33,651 bases of DNA from a virus. Taxonomy: Duplodnaviria > Caudoviricetes. Made by a program: the position numbers and the translations under genes. Where the stretch lies: positions 1 to 33,651 of the IMG/VR virus record IMGVR_UViG_3300023263_000007. One strand, written 5' to 3'. Below are positions 27,968 to 33,651 of this stretch, one piece after another. Position 1 is the stretch's first letter; each line of letters opens with the position of its first letter. Below the pieces are notes generated by a model, which was not told the origin of the DNA, made no database searches, and saw nothing but the letters and a program-made list of their open reading frames with translations.

Positions 27968-29074
27968 TCAGGCGTCAGGGCAGTGCACGACGACGTGCAC
28001 CATGCCCGTGTGCTCCGCTGGCTGGTGCACCTGCAACACGTAGCGACCCGCGTCGAGGTTCGACGCGAAGATTGCGCCGACGAACTCGTCCGATGGCCAC
28101 TGCGTCTCGTTCTCGAAGACCATGCCCTCGCACCCGCCCGCGCATCGTTTGAGCCGCATGAACCCGCGGCGACTCCCGCCTTCGCCCTGGACGCCTTTAA
28201 TGGTGTATCGGCCGGGCAGCGGGATCTCGAGCGCGACGTTCACCCATACGGTGCCTTGTCGCGGGCCGAGGGCCTTGGGGTTCGCACAGCTGACGTCGAG
28301 ATCGAACTCCGTGGTCGCGTCATCGCCATCGCAGACCGTCATCGGCGCGGCGTCGCACTCGAAGAATGCGCTTCGAAACACGAGATGCTCGCAACTCGGA
28401 TAGGTCGATTCGTAGTCGTCGACCGCCTCGTCTAGCGGTTCGCCCAACGCCCGTGCGAAGCCGTCCTCCATTTCGGGGACGCTGTCGCGCAGTGCCGTCT
28501 CATCGTCGAGCTGCAACACCGTCTTTGGGTCGAAGCGCTCGACGAGCGATGCCATGAAGTGGCCGGCGAGCGCATAGGATTCCAGTTCGAGGCTATCGCT
28601 CGATCCGGCGATCGCGCTGTGCACGTCTCCCTGCAGTGGGCCAAGGGCGTCGATGTCATCGCCCCAGTAGACAGCCATCCCCTCCTCAAAGAACCGCGCG
28701 GCGTCCCCCGGGAGCGTTGCATGCACGAGCTCGTGCTCATGCGGCAACCACCGCGTATAGACGCGATCGCCGAGAGTGCACGCCGAATAGTCGCACGGAG
28801 GTCCATAGTCCGCCGGCGGGTCGCGAAGCCAGTAGTAATCGACCGCGTCCGCGGCACCGTCGCCGACGAGGGCGGCGAGCTTGCCGACGTACGCATCGAG
28901 ATACCCGAGGTTGCCCTCACAATAGTCGCCGTCGTTGTAATCCGTTGCGAACCGAACGTGTTCGCCCTCCCACTCGAACGGCGGGACATCGTAGTCGTCC
29001 GGCGCGGGGCTGCAGCCAACCAGCAACGCGCCAGCGAGGGCCCACGCATGGATACCCTCGCCGGACACGCGCAT
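27968..29074 (-). CDS. Lipoprotein with zincin HExxH motif and Cys-rich C-terminal beta domain
   Basis: Lipobox LVGC; HELVH followed by FFEEGMA (gluzincin-like third ligand); start ATG 29074. Confidence 0.8.
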   Translation of the reverse strand: MRVSGEGIHAWALAGALLVGCSPAPDDYDVPPFEWEGEHVRFATDYNDGDYCEGNLGYLDAYVGKLAALVGDGAADAVDYYWLRDPPADYGPPCDYSACTLGDRVYTRWLPHEHELVHATLPGDAARFFEEGMAVYWGDDIDALGPLQGDVHSAIAGSSDSLELESYALAGHFMASLVERFDPKTVLQLDDETALRDSVPEMEDGFARALGEPLDEAVDDYESTYPSCEHLVFRSAFFECDAAPMTVCDGDDATTEFDLDVSCANPKALGPRQGTVWVNVALEIPLPGRYTIKGVQGEGGSRRGFMRLKRCAGGCEGMVFENETQWPSDEFVGAIFASNLDAGRYVLQVHQPAEHTGMVHVVVHCPDA

Positions 29075-29094
29075 GGCTCTGCGTCGGCGTGGCC

Positions 29095-30420
29095 TCACTG
29101 GCGTTGCCAGCTGGACGCGTTGACGGTCATCTTCCACAAGGCCCCACTGACATCAGTATAGGCGATCTGGAAGGCCCCCATCGTCGTGGCCGCGGGGCCG
29201 ACTGTAACGGTGATTGGCGTAGAGTTTTTCGCGGGGATGATGTGGGCCGCCCCGGCGAACGTCGTGGATAACAGGAAGTCCTCCCCCGCGGGGATCCGGT
29301 ACTGATTCGCTGTGAGCCGCGTCGCGGCGACAGGCTCATAAAGCGAGACCCAATAGCGGTCCAGCGTGACGTGCGTCGCTGGAGTGCCAACGTTAACCGG
29401 AGCTGCGGAGCGCAAATCGAGCATCTCGACCATCAGCTGCTGCGTCCCCGACGGCTTCATGGCAGCCCGCGAGCAGGCCGTGCACGACGTGCCCGCAGAC
29501 GCCAGCGCACCGTTGCCGGTGATGGTCTGCCCATCGTACTTCGGTCCGGCGAGCGACACGGTGGCAGCGTTGAGTTTATAGTGAGGCGTCGAAGCGCCCG
29601 GCACGGCCTGGACAAACGAGACGTCATTATTCGCAGCCCCGGAGAGGCACTCGAGTAGCATCTCGCCGTCGTCTTCCGTCGGATAGATATCCAGAATCTC
29701 GAGATTGACCACGACCGCGAATGGGTCCTTGATGGTTTTCCATTTCGAGTCGTTCGGCAGATCCCATCTCGCACCCGACAGGGCCAAGTCAACATCCTCG
29801 GTCGCTTCGCTGGCCCCGGTAGCGATCCAGAACGCGTCACGGCAGCTCTCTTGGCCCTCCGCGGACGCAACCCAGTTGCTGAGCGCGATCGCTTGATTGG
29901 CAATGGTGACGGGGAAGTCCTCCGCCGCGTCCTGGATCTTGAATGTGACGCTGCGGCAGGCCTGCTCCACCAAATCGGCGACGCACGCCTTAGCGTGCGG
30001 CTGATCCCAAAATCCCTCGCCCGGCATTGGAAGTTCGAAAGGATCGCAGCACGCCATCACCTTCGGCGTGGCGTAGAAATCCCCGTCGACACCATGTCCG
30101 AACTCGAACGCATCGCCCGACGCCATCCCGGCCGCGCTGAAGTTGACAGCGAGGGTGCCGCCGCATTGGTGCACGTAACCAAAGAAGCCCGGCTGCGCGT
30201 CCAATAAGCACGCGTCCTCCACGACCTGATCGCCGCCCCCCGTCGAGTCCGCGCCGCCGTCCGAGTCCGAGTCTGCGGTGACGTTCGTGATCTGGCCACC
30301 GTCCGCGCCGTCTGTGCCCGTACCCCAGGGGGTGTCCACCGGGTCGTGCTTCTCTTTCGTGGGGCCGCATGCGGAGAGGAGGCATGCTGCAACAATGTGC
30401 GTGGTTAGGTGCTGTTTCAC
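29095..30420 (-). CDS. Cys-rich lipoprotein with acidic D/G/S/T linker
   Basis: Lipobox LSAC; linker GTGTDGADGG...DSDSDGGADSTGG; multiple Cys. Confidence 0.8.
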   Translation of the reverse strand: MKQHLTTHIVAACLLSACGPTKEKHDPVDTPWGTGTDGADGGQITNVTADSDSDGGADSTGGGDQVVEDACLLDAQPGFFGYVHQCGGTLAVNFSAAGMASGDAFEFGHGVDGDFYATPKVMACCDPFELPMPGEGFWDQPHAKACVADLVEQACRSVTFKIQDAAEDFPVTIANQAIALSNWVASAEGQESCRDAFWIATGASEATEDVDLALSGARWDLPNDSKWKTIKDPFAVVVNLEILDIYPTEDDGEMLLECLSGAANNDVSFVQAVPGASTPHYKLNAATVSLAGPKYDGQTITGNGALASAGTSCTACSRAAMKPSGTQQLMVEMLDLRSAAPVNVGTPATHVTLDRYWVSLYEPVAATRLTANQYRIPAGEDFLLSTTFAGAAHIIPAKNSTPITVTVGPAATTMGAFQIAYTDVSGALWKMTVNASSWQRQ

Positions 30421-30663
30421 GCGGCGTCAGTAGCAACCCGGCGTCAGCTGCGTCAAGTTGGCTGTGATGCGCTCGGTGGATCACGCGTGGCACCGTAAAT
30501 GTCGGAAGCGCGCGCGAGCCTTGGCCGCTTGGCCATGCCCATGCGCTGCGCCAGCGATCCCGAAAAGGGCCATGTGCGATCTACAGATCAGCGATCCGCA
30601 GCTGCGGACAATGCCCGACGCTGAACGTCGTGACAGCCTTGTCTTATTACGCGTTCGCGGTAC

Positions 30664-30675
30664 ATCAATATTGAT
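30664..30675. promoter_or_regulatory. Perfect AT-rich palindrome ATCAATATTGAT abutting a start codon
   Basis: 12-bp self-complementary site directly before ATG 30676 in a GC-rich genome. Confidence 0.5.
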
Positions 30676-31113
30676 ATGCGATGGGTACTGCTCTCCGCGC
30701 TCGTTTTCGGTGGGTGCCAAGATGATGCGGATCCCGGTGATGATGCGGCCGGCGACGACTCGAGCTCGAGCTCGGGATCAGGATCGAGCTCGGACGCGGC
30801 CGAGGTGTCCAGCTCTGATGGCTCGGGCGACAGCGGTGCCGCCGAAGCGGTGTGCCGCGCCGGCTATGACGCCTGCATGGCCGACGGAACCGCCTACCTG
30901 GATTGCGTAGATGCCTACGTCGAGTGCTACCCGGATGCTCGCGCGGACTGGGCGGCGTGCAAGGATGAGGTCGAAACGTGCGCGTGGAACTGTTGCCCGT
31001 ATGAGCGGGGTAGCGTGCAGTGGGCGGCCTATTGCGTCAATGACGAGGTCAACGCATGCACGGACACATGCGGCGGCTTCCGCCTATGCGACCCTTTCCC
31101 CGATAACGATTAG
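30676..31113 (+). CDS. Small Cys-rich lipoprotein with Ser/Asp linker
   Basis: MRWVLLSALVFGGC lipobox; SSSSSGSGSSS linker; CxxxYxxC repeats. Confidence 0.8.
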   Translation: MRWVLLSALVFGGCQDDADPGDDAAGDDSSSSSGSGSSSDAAEVSSSDGSGDSGAAEAVCRAGYDACMADGTAYLDCVDAYVECYPDARADWAACKDEVETCAWNCCPYERGSVQWAAYCVNDEVNACTDTCGGFRLCDPFPDND

Positions 31114-31117
31114 TCGG

Positions 31118-31567
31118 CTACCGCGTCACCGGGCGCCACCACAGCTCGGCGCGGTCGACCAGTCCGTCGAAGGTCGCATCCCCGGTGATCCGGATCGTGA
31201 ACTGCGTTGATCCGCCTATGGGGAAATATTCTTTGCGAAATAGCCTGACGTCCTCCCGAACTTCGCTGTCGATCACGAACGGAACATCACCTGGGGTCCC
31301 GCCGGTCGTGGGCGAATCGCGAGGGATGGCCTCGATCAAGGTGAGAACCACGGTATCGGCCCCGCGCTGGACGGGCTCTCGCGTTGCCGTGACGCCGCCG
31401 ATCACCACTTCGATCCCTGTGTAGGGAGGCAATGCGCCGCGGCTCGGGAACTGCTCAAACGTGGCGCAGATCGATCGATCGGGGACAACATGCGTCCCAA
31501 CCCAGTTTGGGTCATCGGTGGTCTCGTCGAGCTTCGTTCGCAGCAGCCGCCATTTCGTGATCGCCAT
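31118..31567 (-). CDS. Hypothetical (probable virion) protein, last gene of the late operon
   Basis: GGGGAG SD; follows the large internal virion protein. Confidence 0.7.
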   Translation of the reverse strand: MAITKWRLLRTKLDETTDDPNWVGTHVVPDRSICATFEQFPSRGALPPYTGIEVVIGGVTATREPVQRGADTVVLTLIEAIPRDSPTTGGTPGDVPFVIDSEVREDVRLFRKEYFPIGGSTQFTIRITGDATFDGLVDRAELWWRPVTR

Positions 31568-31576
31568 GACTCCCCC

Positions 31577-33651
31577 TTAGATCAGGCGGCTTGCGCCGCT
31601 TTCGATTCGTCCTGCGCCGGTGCTGTACGCGGCCGTGCTCGCTGGCTTCGGCGCCCCGGACGGTCGCACTTGCGGTGCGGACCCCTGCGGCGGCTGGCCT
31701 TGCGGGCCCTGCTGCGACGGATCCGTCTGCCCTCCGAGCGCGGCTTGTGTCGCCGAGATCATCTCAGGTTGCATCGACGCGTCCGTGGGCGATTCGAAGA
31801 TGATCCCCGCCTGCACACGCGCCTGGAATGGGATTTCCGGCGCCTCGATCATGGCGTCCATCACCCGTCGTTGAATGTCCGCGTACATCGCGGGATAGAC
31901 CGCCTTCATGGCTTCGGCATGCTCGAGTGTGAAGGTGCCGTTCTCAAGATGCCCGAGTGCCGACAACGGGTCGAGCACGGTGTCGGCATAGCGGTCGAAC
32001 GTCGCTTGCTCGTGTGGGTTGACGAGTGAGACGCGGCCTAGTGGGTCTTCCCAGCGCTGCGGTGCTTTGCTGACGAGGAATGCAGCCGCGTCGGCAGCTC
32101 GCAGCGCCGCGAGCCCAGACATCGACGGTGCGACGTCCTCCATATTGAGTGTCATCCCGCGCATGTCTTCCGCGAGTGCAGTTGGGTTGCTCGCGTAATA
32201 CTGCGCTTTCTCGAGCGCCGCGTCGTTCCGCTTGCGGCGTTGCGCTGCTGAGATCGCTGCGCCGCGTGTCGCCGCTGTTCTGCCTGCGCGTCCGACCGCG
32301 GCTCCGTAGGGGGCAGCAGCACGAGCGGCCTTCGCCGCGCCCTTGCCCATTTTGTTGATGAAGCCGGCGACTGCGGCGATCTGCCCGGCCTCGCCCTTGT
32401 CGATCTGCCGCATGATCGCGCTGTACTTGCGCAAAATCGTGTACGGCTTCGACGTCAGCGACGTTACGTAACCGATCGCGGCGCCCGGAAGGCCGCCGAT
32501 GGCTCCGCCGATCATTGGCCCGAGCACGTTTGCAGGGCTGGAAAAGGCGTCGATCGACACTGACCGATTGCCCTCCGCGTTGCGGAGCATCTCAATCGCG
32601 TCGAGCCGCTCGACATTGCGACGTTGCTTCGTCATTAGGCCGTCAAGCGCAGCCTCCGTGCTCTTCGCCTTCGCCAACGCCGCTGCCTGTTCTGGGCTCA
32701 GTTGGTTGTATTTCGCCACGGTTTCCGCCGCCGAGATCTCGCGGCGCACGACCTCGCGAAAGTTCTCCGTGATCTGTTCACCCCGGAACCGCCCCGACGA
32801 GCGCATAAGGGATAACAGGTCGCGATTGTCCACGAACCCGCGACGCCCATCGAGCAGCCGTTTGGTCGCACCGTCGGCGAGGCTCTTACGCGCTTCAATC
32901 GCTGCCCTTGCCGCTGCGTTCTGCTCGCGCTGCCCCGTCGCGAGTCCGCCCCAAACCTGCTCATCTTCGAGATGCTGCCGGATCGCCGCGATCGGCCCGG
33001 CATTTTCGGCTGTCCCGGCAAAGGCATCGAGCGTGTTATCGGACGCGATGTCTCCGCTTCTTTCGACCGACTTTCGCACCTTGGCCACAAGGAGGTCCGC
33101 ATCTTGCTTAAGCTCGTCGAGAGCGCGGTAAGCCGCCAGCGCGATATCCTGTGGTCCCCCGGACTTCGCGGCTTCGCTGACCTGCGCTCGCGCCCGCTCG
33201 GCAACCGCCTTCATTTGCGCCAATGTGCCTTTTTGGTAGATCTCCCCGCCCATTTCGGCATTTTTGGCGATCATTGAATCGATCGAGCTCGCGAAGGCGT
33301 CCACTTGTTGCGCACCGGTACGCGCAGCCGCTTCGGCTCGCTCCGGCTCAAAGCTCGCGGCCTCCCGCTTCGCCTTGCCCTTGCGCCCCATCACTTGTTT
33401 GAGCGTGGATACGGATTCGACAAGATCCTCTACCGGCTCGCGTGCAGCGGCCGCGAGGGTTTCTTGGGCGCGCTGCGATCCGCCGGCTTGCAGTAGATCG
33501 TCAATCTCGGCGCGGCCGGCTTTCGCACGTAGATCCGGCAGAAGCGTTGCGACCGATTCCTCCGGAACGCCGAGCACCTTCGCGATCGCCGGCGCATTGC
33601 CGTCGGCCAAAGCCTTCTCGAGGATGTGCGACTCCCCGGATGCGACCTCGT
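31577..33651 (-). CDS. Large Ala-rich helical internal virion/ejection protein, 5' end outside the window
   Basis: Frame stays open beyond 33610 to the window edge; GGAIGGLPGAAIG glycine-zipper membrane segment; helical composition. Confidence 0.75.
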   Translation of the reverse strand, partial: EVASGESHILEKALADGNAPAIAKVLGVPEESVATLLPDLRAKAGRAEIDDLLQAGGSQRAQETLAAAAREPVEDLVESVSTLKQVMGRKGKAKREAASFEPERAEAAARTGAQQVDAFASSIDSMIAKNAEMGGEIYQKGTLAQMKAVAERARAQVSEAAKSGGPQDIALAAYRALDELKQDADLLVAKVRKSVERSGDIASDNTLDAFAGTAENAGPIAAIRQHLEDEQVWGGLATGQREQNAAARAAIEARKSLADGATKRLLDGRRGFVDNRDLLSLMRSSGRFRGEQITENFREVVRREISAAETVAKYNQLSPEQAAALAKAKSTEAALDGLMTKQRRNVERLDAIEMLRNAEGNRSVSIDAFSSPANVLGPMIGGAIGGLPGAAIGYVTSLTSKPYTILRKYSAIMRQIDKGEAGQIAAVAGFINKMGKGAAKAARAAAPYGAAVGRAGRTAATRGAAISAAQRRKRNDAALEKAQYYASNPTALAEDMRGMTLNMEDVAPSMSGLAALRAADAAAFLVSKAPQRWEDPLGRVSLVNPHEQATFDRYADTVLDPLSALGHLENGTFTLEHAEAMKAVYPAMYADIQRRVMDAMIEAPEIPFQARVQAGIIFESPTDASMQPEMISATQAALGGQTDPSQQGPQGQPPQGSAPQVRPSGAPKPASTAAYSTGAGRIESGASRLI

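Overview
The whole window is a GC-rich temperate tailed phage with podovirus-like architecture, most likely infecting a myxobacterium (inference from the lipoprotein cargo and the tRNA-Asp attachment site). The minus-strand late arm holds TerS, TerL, a GNAT, portal, scaffold, major capsid, adaptor, a Gly-rich fibre, a split tail-tube/nozzle gene and an S74-bearing ejection protein running off the left edge. The C-terminal part of a large internal virion protein enters from the right edge, so the contig looks like a circularly permuted, nearly complete genome. The plus-strand early arm runs int, small ORFs, an HNH-like nuclease, RecE/RecT, RusA, a replication initiator with an internal 12-bp iteron array, an HTH protein, a pentapeptide-repeat protein and an amino-methyltransferase, followed by three lipoprotein genes. 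The main observation is that the 3' ~63 nt of a tRNA-Asp(GTC), the probable attP core, lies in frame inside the 5' end of the integrase gene. It sits between a promoter/SD and the catalytic domain, at the head of the early operon, and no CI-type repressor is recognisable. Integration would cut int and detach the early operon from its promoter, which suggests a recombination-operated lysogeny switch. Also notable: an unannotated 18-aa Lys-rich peptide coupled to the GNAT, twin divergent promoter motifs, and res-like repeats. Product calls come from motif recognition by eye; no database searches were run.
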